64,000 nucleotides of DNA from Gemmatimonadota bacterium (GTDB lineage Bacteria; Gemmatimonadota; Gemmatimonadetes; Longimicrobiales; Gaopeijiaceae). Made by a program: the position numbers and the translations under genes. Location of the stretch: contig JAXHMG010000003.1 of NCBI GenBank assembly GCA_034521595.1, positions 2,208,001-2,272,000 on the forward strand. Reading direction: 5' to 3'. Shown piece after piece: positions 47,490 to 57,528 of the stretch; position 1 is the stretch's first letter; every line of letters begins with the position of its first letter. The notes under the pieces are model-generated. The model was not told the DNA's origin. It saw only the letters and a program-made list of their open reading frames with translations, and ran no database searches.

Positions 47490-49453
47490 CCGCAGCCGCC
47501 ATCGCCGTCCTGCTGGGCCTTTCGAGTGCCGGACAGCCGGCATGGACGGACGCGCCGGCAGCCGATCACCCCGACGGCGTGGACATCGAGGTGCCGTTCG
47601 TGGCCCAGGGTCCGCTCCTCTGCGGCGGCGCGGCGGCGGCGATGGTGGAACGGTTCTGGGGCGTCCGGGGCGTGTACGGGGAAGACTTCCGCCATCTCGT
47701 CCGGGAGGACGAGGGAGGGATCCGGGCGTCGGAGCTGACCACGGCGCTGGAGCAGCGCGGGTACGACGTGCACGTCTCGCAGGCACGGCCGGACCGGATC
47801 CTGGCGGGGCTGGAAGACGGGATCCCGCCGATCCTCCTTCTGGAGTCGGGCGCCACCCGTCTGCACTACGTCGTTCTCGTAGGGCTGGACGACGAGGTCG
47901 CCTGGATCCACGACCCGAACTTCGGGCCCTCGCAGGAGATCGCGCGGGACGAGCTGCTCCGGCGTTGGCGTGCGTCCGGGTTCTGGGCCGCCCACGTGGT
48001 GCCGTCGCGCTCGGCGCCCGACGAAACGGACCCGTCACGCCCGTCACCTCGCGCCCGAAGCCTGGACCCACTCGCGGACGCCGCGGCCGAATCGGCCATG
48101 GAGCGGATCCGCTCCGGCGATTTCGAAGAGGCACGCGCCACGGCCGGCACGCTGATGTCGGCGGGGGAGGACGAGGCCGCGCTCGGCCGGCGCCTGCGGG
48201 CCACCGCCTGGTTTCTGGAAGGGGAGCGGACCCGCGCCCTGGAAGAGTGGAACGTCCTGGGCGAGCCCACCCTGGATCTGGTGCGTATTCGCGGGATGGA
48301 GCACACCCGCTACCAGGTCGCCGAGCGCCGCTTGTCGCTCGAGTACGGCGACGTGCTCACCCCCGCGTCCCTCGCATTGGCACGGCGCCGGCTCGAGGCT
48401 CTCCCATCCGTCGCGGCGTCCCGCGTCGACTACCGTCCCGTGGTGGACGGCACGGTGGAGATCGACGCAGCCGTCCTGGAGCGCGCTCGCGTGCCCGGAT
48501 ACGCGACGTTGGCGGCCCAGGTGCCGCGGGGACTTCTGAACCAGCGGACAGCCCTCGAGGTCGGGCCTCTGCTGGCCGGAGGCGACCGCTGGCGGGTCTC
48601 CGGAAGCTGGGCGCCCGCACAACGTTACGTCGGAGGATCGATGTCCGCTCCGGCCCCTCCGTTGCCCGGGATCGCGGCCGTGCGCATGGAGTGGCGCCGG
48701 GAGCGGTTCGCGACCTCGGGTGGCGGGGCGAGCTCGCCCACGGAGACGGAGTATCGGTTTCGGGGCGCGCTGGAGCTCCAGGAGTGGATGCATCGTCGTC
48801 TGCGTCTCGGCGCGAGCCTGGCCCTCGAATCCTGGGACGTCCCGGCCTGGACCGTGGATGCCGCGCACGCTCCGCTGCGTCTCCTGAACGCGGGACTCCA
48901 GGCCACCGTGGCGAATCCCGACGGCCCCACGTGGCTCACCGCGCGGGGAGAGGGCTGGATGGGCTCCGGACATTCGTTCGCTCGGACGAGCCTGGAGGCT
49001 GGGACGAGCGTTCCGCAGGGTGCGCGGCGGGAGTGGCGCCTCCGTGCGGGCGGGACCGCGGTGACCCGCCGGGCGCCGCGCATGATCTGGCCGGGCGCAG
49101 GAGCCGGTCGTACGCGCGCCCCTCTGCTCCGCGCGCACCGCCTGATCGAGGACGACGTGATCCAGGGACCGGCGTTCGGGCGAGCGCTTCTGCACGCGAC
49201 CGCCGAGCACCGGATCTTCGGCCGGGTCGGCCCCGTCCGCATGGGCGGGAGCCTGTTCGTCGATGCCGTCCACGCGGGATCTCGGGCACACGGAGCCGAC
49301 AGTCGGGGCTTCGTAGACGTCGGCCTGGGAGTCTTCGTCGATGCGGGATCCGACGAGGTCACGGTGAGCCTCGCGCGGGGCTCCTCGGGATGGCACCTCT
49401 CCGCACAGGTCGAGGAACGATTTCCAACGGGACTCGGCCCGCAGCCGAACTGA
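47486..49453 (+). CDS. C39-like (PA2778-type) cysteine peptidase fused to TPR, POTRA and an Omp85-like beta-barrel
   Basis: VPFVAQGPLLCG, HYVVLVG and IHDP triad; POTRA-like LVRIRG...RRRLEAL...VLER; strand-rich C-terminus with LRAH and FVDA. Confidence 0.75.
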   Translation: MTAAAIAVLLGLSSAGQPAWTDAPAADHPDGVDIEVPFVAQGPLLCGGAAAAMVERFWGVRGVYGEDFRHLVREDEGGIRASELTTALEQRGYDVHVSQARPDRILAGLEDGIPPILLLESGATRLHYVVLVGLDDEVAWIHDPNFGPSQEIARDELLRRWRASGFWAAHVVPSRSAPDETDPSRPSPRARSLDPLADAAAESAMERIRSGDFEEARATAGTLMSAGEDEAALGRRLRATAWFLEGERTRALEEWNVLGEPTLDLVRIRGMEHTRYQVAERRLSLEYGDVLTPASLALARRRLEALPSVAASRVDYRPVVDGTVEIDAAVLERARVPGYATLAAQVPRGLLNQRTALEVGPLLAGGDRWRVSGSWAPAQRYVGGSMSAPAPPLPGIAAVRMEWRRERFATSGGGASSPTETEYRFRGALELQEWMHRRLRLGASLALESWDVPAWTVDAAHAPLRLLNAGLQATVANPDGPTWLTARGEGWMGSGHSFARTSLEAGTSVPQGARREWRLRAGGTAVTRRAPRMIWPGAGAGRTRAPLLRAHRLIEDDVIQGPAFGRALLHATAEHRIFGRVGPVRMGGSLFVDAVHAGSRAHGADSRGFVDVGLGVFVDAGSDEVTVSLARGSSGWHLSAQVEERFPTGLGPQPN

Positions 49454-49494
49454 CACGGGATCCTCCTTCGGTCGCTTGGCTCGGCCTCGGGCTG

Positions 49495-50799
49495 CTAGAG
49501 CAGGCCGGCGAGCATCGTGGCGATCCCCAGGAAGCTCGCGAACCCGACGATGTCGGTGACGGTCGTCAGCACGATCGAGGACGACTGCGCGGGGTCCTGC
49601 CCGAGCATCGTCAGCATCGTGGGGATGAGCACCCCCGCGATTCCCGCGGCCACCATGGACAGCACCATCGAGACACCGATCACCAGCGCGAGCCCCACCG
49701 ATCGGCTCCAGACGTAGACACCGGCGGCGGTGGTGAGCGACACGGCCACCCCATTCAGCAGCCCGACCGTCGCCTCCTTGCGCAAGAGCCGCGGCCATTG
49801 ACCGATGCGGATCTCCCGCATGGCCAGCCCGCGCATCGTAACGGCCAGCGCCTGCGCGCCCGTGTTACCCGACTGCCCCGCCACGACGGGCAGCAGCACG
49901 GCGAGCGCGGTGAAGCGCGCGATGGTGTCCTCGAAGATCCCGACCACGGATGCGGCCAGGAACGCCGTCACGAGGTTGATTTCGAGCCAAGGCAGGCGCT
50001 TCTTGACCGCGAACAACACCGGTGACAGCGCGCGCTCCTGTCGGCTGGCGCCCACCATGGTCTGCATATCGGCGGCGACGTCCTCCTGCGCCGTCAGGGC
50101 AAGGGTATCGGCGCGGATGACGCCGAGCAGACGCCCCTCGAAATCCACCACCGGCAGGCTCGAAAGCCGCCTCTTGCTGAAGTGCTCGACGACCTCCTCC
50201 TGAGGATCGATCGCCTGCACCGCGACCGCAGGCTGGGCGAGCGTCTCCACGACCGCGTCGGATGAGGCGGCGGCCAGTGCTTGCAGCGGAACGGTTCCCG
50301 TCAGGCGTCGCTCCGAATCGATCAGGAAGACGTCGGCGACTCGGCGCTTCCGCACGGCACGCAGGCGGTCGAGCGCCTGTTGCACCGTGGTTCCCGGGGC
50401 GAGACCGATCGCGCGCGGGTCCATGAGCCGTCCCGCCGTTTCGGGCGGGTAGTCGGCCATCATCCGCAGCTCGCGGGCGAGCGAGGGGGCGAGGCGGTCG
50501 AGCAACGCGGCCCGCGCCGCTTCGTCCATCCAACCGAGCACGGAGACGGCTCGGACGGGGTCCATCGTGGCCACGACATCACGCCGGGAGTCTTCCGAGA
50601 GCGCGCCGAGAACGTCCACGGCGAGGTGCGGAGGCAGGTGCTCCAGCAGAGGAACGGCGTGTCGCGTGGGCTCGGTGCTCAGAACGCCCGCGATCTCGTG
50701 CGCCGGAAGCTCGTCGAGGCGGTCCGCCGCCTCCTCGGGAAACTCGCGGATGAAGGTCCCCGCCAACTCTTGAAACCCCGCGGGTGGCTCATTCCGCAT
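49495..50799 (-). CDS. mgtE: Magnesium transporter MgtE
   Basis: N domain, CBS pair (ETAGRLM), RLPWL, GNTGAQ, DPAQSS and TTVTDIVG. Confidence 0.93.
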   Translation of the reverse strand: MRNEPPAGFQELAGTFIREFPEEAADRLDELPAHEIAGVLSTEPTRHAVPLLEHLPPHLAVDVLGALSEDSRRDVVATMDPVRAVSVLGWMDEAARAALLDRLAPSLARELRMMADYPPETAGRLMDPRAIGLAPGTTVQQALDRLRAVRKRRVADVFLIDSERRLTGTVPLQALAAASSDAVVETLAQPAVAVQAIDPQEEVVEHFSKRRLSSLPVVDFEGRLLGVIRADTLALTAQEDVAADMQTMVGASRQERALSPVLFAVKKRLPWLEINLVTAFLAASVVGIFEDTIARFTALAVLLPVVAGQSGNTGAQALAVTMRGLAMREIRIGQWPRLLRKEATVGLLNGVAVSLTTAAGVYVWSRSVGLALVIGVSMVLSMVAAGIAGVLIPTMLTMLGQDPAQSSSIVLTTVTDIVGFASFLGIATMLAGLL

Positions 50800-51661
50800 G
50801 CGTCACCTCGTCTCCCGATTCGATAGGGCGGTCGAGACCCCGGCCGACGGACGCCGTCCCGGAGATGGCAGCGACGATCCCGGTGGTTCCGAGTTGGAAG
50901 ATCTCCGCGAGCGCCTTCGCGGTGAGCCGCGCAGAATCGCCCCCCTGGTCGGGAGCTTGCCTTTCGAGCTTGCGCAACACCTGGTAGCGGATGGCGCCCA
51001 CCAGCCGATCCTCGTCGTCGACGACCGGCATGGCATGGTAGCGCTGCCAGCCGGGGTGCTCCCGCACGATCGCGGCCGGCAGCCACGCGCTGAGGCGATC
51101 GACGTCGCGGTGCATGACGGCGCTGACCGGATCGCGCGCCCGGGCCAGCATCAGCTCGGGAATGTCGAGCACGCCGACGAGCCGGTTGTCGCGGTCGACG
51201 ACGTAGAGATAGTAGAGGAGATCCCGAGCGGCCCGACCGAGGCGGACGCGCGCATCCGCCACGAGCACGTCGTGGGGGAGCCGGAAGATCGTCGGGTCCA
51301 TCACCGCGCCGGCGGTGCCCTCGAGGTAGGAAAGCACGCGCGTGATCGGCTCGCGTACGTCCGCGGGAAGACCGGCCAACAGAGGCTCACGCCACGCGGC
51401 CCCGAGCCCCCGCACGATCGCGCCCGCTTCGTTCGCGGTCAGCTCCGCGACGATCGCGGCCCCGTCCGGAACCGAAAGATGCTCGAGACAATCGGATGCG
51501 CTCGGCACCGTCATTTCGCGCAGCACCGCCGCGGCCGAAGGCTCCGGAACGGCACGCAATACCGTAGCGGCCGTCGGCGCCGGCATCTGCTCGAGCTTCC
51601 GTGCGGCCCGACGAGGGTGCGACTCCAGGAACGCGCGGGCGAGGAGGTCGACCCCGATCAC
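50789..51661 (-). CDS. Soluble MgtE-like N-domain plus CBS protein (no TM domain)
   Basis: GTAGAVM, YYLYVVD...LVGVL and MPVVDDEDRLVGAI; lacks the MgtE TM helices. Confidence 0.8.
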   Translation of the reverse strand: MIGVDLLARAFLESHPRRAARKLEQMPAPTAATVLRAVPEPSAAAVLREMTVPSASDCLEHLSVPDGAAIVAELTANEAGAIVRGLGAAWREPLLAGLPADVREPITRVLSYLEGTAGAVMDPTIFRLPHDVLVADARVRLGRAARDLLYYLYVVDRDNRLVGVLDIPELMLARARDPVSAVMHRDVDRLSAWLPAAIVREHPGWQRYHAMPVVDDEDRLVGAIRYQVLRKLERQAPDQGGDSARLTAKALAEIFQLGTTGIVAAISGTASVGRGLDRPIESGDEVTHAE

Positions 51662-52452
51662 GAGCCGTCCCTCGCCAGCAGCAGTGTCGAGTTCATCTCG
51701 CCGAACTGCTTCGCGGGCACGATCACCCGACCTTCAGCCACTTCGAGGACCACGGCGTTGCCCGTGAACTCGACGATCGTGCCCTCGACGCCTCCGATGC
51801 GCACCGACTGCCCGATCTCGAACGTCTGCCGCAGGTAGTGCGAGCCGATGATGTTGCTGATCGCGGTGCGGGCGCCAAGACCGAACGCGAGCGCGAAACC
51901 GCCGAAGAACGCCGCGAGGGAGACGGAAAAGATCGCGGTCAGGAGCGCGATATCCACTCCCAACCCGGCCACCGCGATCAAGACCGCGGCGGTGATGATC
52001 GTGGCACGGACGACCTGACCGAGACCGGGGCCGAACGCCGCGCCCGCGCCCACCGCGGTGGCGGTTACGGCGCTGCGGGCGATGTTCCCCATCACCAGGC
52101 CCGCCACGAGGATCAGCACCGCGGCCAGCACACGCGGCACGAAAACCGACAGGCTGTCGACGACGGACGTCAGGAGTGCGAGCCCGAGGGCATCCGCCGC
52201 GTTCGCCACGAAAAAGAGCAGGACCGTCCAGAATACCACCGCGCCCACGATACGGGAGGCGGCCTGTTCCTCCGTGGCGCCCCAAAACGAGGTGCGGAAC
52301 CAGCGCCCCGGAACCGCACGCTCCACCGCCGAAATGACTCGGACCGTCAAGGTCCGCAGCAGGAACGCGAGCAGCACGCCGACGGCGAGCAGGATGACGG
52401 CGGTGATCAGATTCGACTGGTTCGCCGCGAGCCAGGGTCCGATGTTCTCCAT
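51658..52452 (-). CDS. Small-conductance mechanosensitive channel family protein (CmpX/MscS-like)
   Basis: TM repeats (FVPRVLAAVLILVAG), ALAFGLG and an MscS beta domain. Confidence 0.8.
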   Translation of the reverse strand: MENIGPWLAANQSNLITAVILLAVGVLLAFLLRTLTVRVISAVERAVPGRWFRTSFWGATEEQAASRIVGAVVFWTVLLFFVANAADALGLALLTSVVDSLSVFVPRVLAAVLILVAGLVMGNIARSAVTATAVGAGAAFGPGLGQVVRATIITAAVLIAVAGLGVDIALLTAIFSVSLAAFFGGFALAFGLGARTAISNIIGSHYLRQTFEIGQSVRIGGVEGTIVEFTGNAVVLEVAEGRVIVPAKQFGEMNSTLLLARDGS

Positions 52453-52494
52453 GAATGGCAACTCGTTGGTGAGGAGCAGGCCGCGCGCCGGGGC

Positions 52495-53277
52495 TCACAA
52501 CCCCGCGAACGCCCCCAGGTCTTGGAGCTCGGGCGAGTCCCGCACGTCGAGCACCACGGCGTCGTCGGGGAGAGGATCCCCGAAGGCCAGGCGGAGGATC
52601 GCCGGGGCGGGTGACTCGGCGTCGAGGAGCTCGCCGGATGAATGCAGCTCACGGAAGCGCTCGACGTCCGGGAAGTCCTGCTCGCTCTGGCGGCGAATGA
52701 GCTCCTGCATGCCGGTCTCGATCACGCCCGGGGCGAGCGCGTAGGCACGGATTCCGTGTGGACGCTCCTCTCGGGCGGTCACGCGGGTGAGCATGTCCAC
52801 CGCGGCCTTCCCGGCGCAGTAGGCACCCCACCCCTCGATGGGATGCACCGCCGCGCCCGATGAAATGTTGACGACCGTGCCCGTGCGCCGGGCGGCGTGG
52901 AGGCGCTCGAGATAGATGCGCGTCCCATGGAAGACACCGAGCAGATTGACCTCGACGTGCGTGCGCACATCATCCGGCCCAATCTCTCGCACCGGTCCGA
53001 TGGGGTCGAGGAGTCCCGCGTTATTCACCCAGAGGTCGATCGGCCCGAGACGCTCCTCGGCTTCGGAGGCGAAACGGCTCAGCGCCTCGTAATCCGTGAC
53101 GTCCACGTGTCCGTAGTGGATGCGCTCGGGGTCGTCGGGGAGTTCTCCGGCGTCCGGATCCGATCTCGCGCAGAGGGCGAGCTTCAGTCCGTGGCGGTGA
53201 CAGACCCGGGCCAGGCCGGCACCGATGCCTCGGCTCGCGCCCGTGACGAGGGCGACGCGGTCACGCAGCGTATCCAT
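52495..53277 (-). CDS. SDR family oxidoreductase
   Basis: TGASRGIG, NNAG, SSGAA and YCAGK. Confidence 0.93.
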   Translation of the reverse strand: MDTLRDRVALVTGASRGIGAGLARVCHRHGLKLALCARSDPDAGELPDDPERIHYGHVDVTDYEALSRFASEAEERLGPIDLWVNNAGLLDPIGPVREIGPDDVRTHVEVNLLGVFHGTRIYLERLHAARRTGTVVNISSGAAVHPIEGWGAYCAGKAAVDMLTRVTAREERPHGIRAYALAPGVIETGMQELIRRQSEQDFPDVERFRELHSSGELLDAESPAPAILRLAFGDPLPDDAVVLDVRDSPELQDLGAFAGL

Positions 53278-53320
53278 TGAATCCTCCATTCTTCCTTGCT
53301 CGACGTCGAAGGCCCGGCGA

Positions 53321-54118
53321 CTACTCGGCCGCGTTGAGCTTCCCCGCGACGCGCGCGCTGAAGCCCCGCGGTGTGAAACGCACCAGGAACGCACCGAGCT
53401 TGTTCATCGTGCCGGGGATCACGATCCGCCGCCCGGCCGTGAAGCCCCGGTAGCCCGCTTCGGCCACCGCGTCCGCTGTCGTCATCGGTACCGCGCCGGT
53501 GGCGATGCCCGCTTCACCCATGTCCGCGCTCCCCTGGAAGCCGGTGGGCACGGGTCCGGGACAGAGGACGGTGACGGTGACGCCCTGACGTCTCACTTCC
53601 TCGGCGATCGCCTCGGAGAAGTGGAGAACGTACGCCTTGCTCGCGTAGTAGACGGCCATGAGCGGGCCCGGTTGGAAGGCGGCCGTGGAGGCGACCTGCA
53701 GCACGCCGCCGCGTCCACGCTCGACCATGCCGGGGAGGAACAGCCGAGTCATGCGAGTGAGCGCCTCGATGTTCACGCGGATCATGCCGATCTCACGGTC
53801 GAGGTCCTGCTCGTGGAACGGACCGTGGCTCCCGAAGCCGGCATTGTTGACGAGGATGTCCACGTCGATCCCGGCTTCGGCGAGCTCCTGCCGGATCGTC
53901 TCGGGCACGTCCGGGCGGGCCAGGTCCCCGGCAATCACCCGCGCCGAGACGCCGTGCTCGACTTCGAGCTCGCGCGCACGCTCCCCGAGCTCGTCCACGC
54001 TCCGGGCGGTGAGCACCAGATCGTGCCCGTGCCGGGCGAATACTCGGGCCAGGGCGAGCCCGATGCCCCGAGACGCCCCCGTGATCAGAACTCGCCCGCC
54101 GTCGCTCGCTGGATTCAT
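53321..54118 (-). CDS. SDR family oxidoreductase
   Basis: TGASRGIG, VNNAGFG and YYASK. Confidence 0.93.
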   Translation of the reverse strand: MNPASDGGRVLITGASRGIGLALARVFARHGHDLVLTARSVDELGERARELEVEHGVSARVIAGDLARPDVPETIRQELAEAGIDVDILVNNAGFGSHGPFHEQDLDREIGMIRVNIEALTRMTRLFLPGMVERGRGGVLQVASTAAFQPGPLMAVYYASKAYVLHFSEAIAEEVRRQGVTVTVLCPGPVPTGFQGSADMGEAGIATGAVPMTTADAVAEAGYRGFTAGRRIVIPGTMNKLGAFLVRFTPRGFSARVAGKLNAAE

Positions 54119-54187
54119 CGCCGTCCCCTCCACCGTGTTCTCGGCACGTGCACCTCGTGACTCGGTGACTCGTTCGAGGCTTCTGGT

Positions 54188-55114
54188 CTAGACCCCCACC
54201 TTCTCTCCCAGCTCGGCGGCGGCCAGGATGCGGCGAATCTCTCCGCTGCGCTCCTCCGACACCGGGGAGAGCGGGGCCCGGGGCTGTCCTCCGTGCAGGC
54301 CGAGGAGGTCCAGAGCGGCCTTCACGCCGGGCACCCCCATGCCGCCCACGATCTGGTCGTGGACCGGAGCGATACGCTCCTGGAGGCGGCCGGCGTCCTC
54401 GAGCCGGCCGTCCCCGAAAGCGGCCGAGATCTCCGCGGCCTCCGCACAGGCCATCAGCCCCACCGCAACGATGCCCCCCACGGCACCGATCTCGAGCCCA
54501 CCGTAAAGGATCGCCCCGCTTCCGACCAACACCTGGAAGTCGTCCGCGGTCTCTTCCACCAACTCCCCGACGAGCTCCAACTTTCCACGGGAATCCTTGA
54601 TCCCCACGATATTGTCGTGCCGAGAAAGCTCGGCGACGAGCCCCGTCGGAAGCTCCAAGGTGCTGAGCCGAAGAGGGACCTGATAGACCATCACCGGAAC
54701 CGGCGACGCATCGGCCACCGTGCGGTAGTGCCGGGCCAACGCCTCGGGAGTCATCGCCCCCTTGTAGTACGCCGGCGGGCTCACGAGAACCGCATCGGCT
54801 CCGGCGGCGGCCGCCTCTCGAGTGAGGCGGATCGCCTGGCGAGTGGATTCGGCACCGGTCCCCGCGATGAGCAGCGCGTCGGCCGGAATGACGTCCCGCG
54901 CCGCTTCCACGAGGGTGACCCGTTCGGGGTCGTCCAGGAACACGGACTCCCCGGTCGAGCCGGCGGTCAGGATGCCCCGGATGGGCCGCTCGAACCAATG
55001 CCGGAGATTGGTCCGGTAGGCGACGACGTCGAAGTCGCCGGTCACTGGGTCGAACGGGGTGGTGACGGGCAAGAACGTCCCGCCGAGGTCGATTCTCTCG
55101 ATCTTACCGCTCAC
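54188..55114 (-). CDS. Dihydrodipicolinate synthase-family aldolase
   Basis: TTPF, GSTGE, AGTG, MVYQVP and GIKDS. Confidence 0.9.
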   Translation of the reverse strand: MSGKIERIDLGGTFLPVTTPFDPVTGDFDVVAYRTNLRHWFERPIRGILTAGSTGESVFLDDPERVTLVEAARDVIPADALLIAGTGAESTRQAIRLTREAAAAGADAVLVSPPAYYKGAMTPEALARHYRTVADASPVPVMVYQVPLRLSTLELPTGLVAELSRHDNIVGIKDSRGKLELVGELVEETADDFQVLVGSGAILYGGLEIGAVGGIVAVGLMACAEAAEISAAFGDGRLEDAGRLQERIAPVHDQIVGGMGVPGVKAALDLLGLHGGQPRAPLSPVSEERSGEIRRILAAAELGEKVGV

Positions 55115-55118
55115 GCGC

Positions 55119-56252
55119 TCAGCCTCCGGCCAATCGTGTCATCTCGTCTTCGAGCCCGGTCGTTCCGGGCACGTCGCGGCTCTGTCCCGAGTCGCCCAAC
55201 ATGTTCATCTTGAGGTCGAAGTCCGCGGGGTTGTTCGCCGCGGCCTTGGCGACCTCGAAGTCCACCTCGCCCGAGCTCACCAATTCCATGAGGTGCTGGT
55301 CGAAGGTCTGCGAGCCGTAGTGCTCCTTCCCCTCCTCGATGAGATCGCTGATGTCGTCCATCCGGTCCGGATCACGAATGCAGTCTCGGATCGTGGAGGT
55401 GACGGGCATGATCTCCATCGCGGCCACGCGTCCCCCGTCCTTGCGCTGGACGAGTCGCTGAGAGATCACCGCCTGAATGGACTCGGACAGCCGCACGCGA
55501 ATCATCTCCTGCTCGTTCGGATCGAACACGGCGATGATCCGCGACATGGTCTGTACCGCGTTCTTCGTGTGCAGGGTCGAGATCACGAGGTGGCCCGTCT
55601 CGGCCGCCTTGAGCGCCGTCTCGATGGTCACCTTGTCGCGCATCTCACCAATCAGAATCACATCGGGGTCCTGACGCAGCACGGCGCGCAGCCCGGTCTC
55701 GAACGAGTCCGTGTCGGTTCCGATGTCCCGCTGCGTGATCGAGGACATGTTGTCCCGGTGCAGGAACTCGATCGGGTTTTCGAGCGTCACGATATGCAAC
55801 CGGCGATTCCGGTTCATCCAGTCGATCATGGCCGCCTGAGTCGAGCTCTTCCCCGAGCCCGTGACTCCGGTCACCAGGATCATGCCCCGACGGGTCGCCG
55901 CGATGCGGTTGATCACCGGTGGCAATCCGAGGTCCTCGACGGTGGGGATCTCGATCGGGATCGCCCGCATGACGATCATCGGCGAGCCCCGCTGCTTCAT
56001 GATGTTGACGCGGAACCGCCCCACGCCCGGGATGCCCCAGGAGCAGTCGTAGTCGAGCAGCCGGTCGAAATCGCGCCGTTCTTCGTCATGAGGGATGAGC
56101 TGGAGCGCGATGCCCTTGACCTGATCGACGGTGAGCTTCTGCTGCGTGAGCGTCTGAAGATCACCGTTCACCCGAGCGCGGATGTAGTCCCCGGCCTTGA
56201 TGTGGATATCGCTCGCGCCTCGTTCGACGGCGGCCTTGAACAGCTCCTGCAT
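55119..56252 (-). CDS. pilT: PilT/PilU family type IV pilus retraction ATPase
   Basis: ASDIH, GVTGSGKSST, LRQDPDVILIGEMRD and AAETGHLVISTLHT. Confidence 0.92.
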   Translation of the reverse strand: MQELFKAAVERGASDIHIKAGDYIRARVNGDLQTLTQQKLTVDQVKGIALQLIPHDEERRDFDRLLDYDCSWGIPGVGRFRVNIMKQRGSPMIVMRAIPIEIPTVEDLGLPPVINRIAATRRGMILVTGVTGSGKSSTQAAMIDWMNRNRRLHIVTLENPIEFLHRDNMSSITQRDIGTDTDSFETGLRAVLRQDPDVILIGEMRDKVTIETALKAAETGHLVISTLHTKNAVQTMSRIIAVFDPNEQEMIRVRLSESIQAVISQRLVQRKDGGRVAAMEIMPVTSTIRDCIRDPDRMDDISDLIEEGKEHYGSQTFDQHLMELVSSGEVDFEVAKAAANNPADFDLKMNMLGDSGQSRDVPGTTGLEDEMTRLAGG

Positions 56253-56391
56253 TCCGACCTCCCCTCCGTGACTCGGTGAACTTGGAACCTAGCGAACGGA
56301 GGGAAGCCACGCGATCACCCGAACGTCGCCGATCACCGCGGGCGCATGTGGCCGACCGGCACGGGTGCGCCCTTCGGCGAGCCCGATCCGC

Positions 56392-57414
56392 TCACTCGTC
56401 CAGCGCGCTCCGCCAGTCGAGCCCCATGTTCGCCCGGACCTCCGCCATCGTCCGCTCCGCCATCTCCCGTGCACGAACCGCGCCTTCGTCGAGGATTCGG
56501 CGTACTTCCTCCGGTCGGCGCCGGAATTCCGCCGCACGCTCCCGAAACGGCGCGAACGCCGACGCGATGTTTTCTGCGAGGATCTTCTTGCAGTCCACGC
56601 ACCCTCTCGTGGCGCCCCGGCACTGGACGGCGATGTCCTCGAGCTGCTCCTCGTCGGCGAAAAAGCGGTGGAGCGAGAAGACGTTGCACATCTCGGGACG
56701 GCCCGGATCGTCACGTCGCACCCGTTGGGGATCGGTGACGGCCGTGCGCACGCGCTCCCATATCTCTTCGGGCTCGGCGAGGATTCCGACCGTGTTGCCG
56801 AGGGACTTGCTCATCTTCGCCTCGCCGTCGAGCCCGAGGATGCGCCCCACGTCCCGGTCGATGAGCGCCTCGGTCTCGGGGAAGGTGTCGCCGTAGCGCG
56901 CGTTGAATTTCCGCGCGATCTCTCGCGTGAGCTCGAGGTGCTGCCGCTGATCCTCGCCCACCGGCACGGCGTCCGCCTTGTACAACAGGATGTCCGCGGC
57001 CTGGAGAATCGGATAGTTGAGAATGCCAGCCGGGATGGAGTCGAACTGCTGTGCCTTGTCCTTGTACTGCGTCATCCGTTCGAGGTCGCCGACCGGCGTG
57101 ATCGCGTTGAAGAGCCAGGCGAGCTCGGTGTGCTGGGGCACGTCGGACTGCACGAAGATGAGGGACCGTTCGGGGTCGAGCCCGACCGCCAGGAACGACA
57201 CCGCGAGATCGAAGACGTTCTTGGGCATCTCGCTGGGATCCCCGCCCGCAGTGATCGCGTGATCATCCACGATGCAAAAGATGCAGTCGTGCTTCTCCTG
57301 CATCTCCACCCAACGGCGTAGCGCGCCCAGATAGTTTCCGAGGTGGGCTTCGCCGGAAGGCTGCATTCCACTGAACACTCGCTTTTTTCGGCCGCCCGAC
57401 GTCGACTCCGGCAT
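56392..57414 (-). CDS. trpS: Tryptophan--tRNA ligase
   Basis: SGMQPSG, HLGN, YPILQAADIL, VPVGEDQ and KMSKS. Confidence 0.97.
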   Translation of the reverse strand: MPESTSGGRKKRVFSGMQPSGEAHLGNYLGALRRWVEMQEKHDCIFCIVDDHAITAGGDPSEMPKNVFDLAVSFLAVGLDPERSLIFVQSDVPQHTELAWLFNAITPVGDLERMTQYKDKAQQFDSIPAGILNYPILQAADILLYKADAVPVGEDQRQHLELTREIARKFNARYGDTFPETEALIDRDVGRILGLDGEAKMSKSLGNTVGILAEPEEIWERVRTAVTDPQRVRRDDPGRPEMCNVFSLHRFFADEEQLEDIAVQCRGATRGCVDCKKILAENIASAFAPFRERAAEFRRRPEEVRRILDEGAVRAREMAERTMAEVRANMGLDWRSALDE

Positions 57415-57528
57415 GCGCTCCGTTCCCTTCGCCTGGTCCGTGTTTCGAGGGCTGCTAAGTTAGCGTCCCGCTCCACGGCACGGCACCCGTGGAGGCGCCC
57501 AATCTACCCCAATCCCGACGAGCTACCC

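Noticed and set aside
52453-52494. M-box riboswitch ahead of the mgtE operon
   Set aside because: The intergenic gap is only ~40 bp, too small
54188-55114. Assigning the gene symbol dapA
   Set aside because: GSTGE/YQVP variants and the lack of lysine-pathway neighbours leave the substrate uncertain
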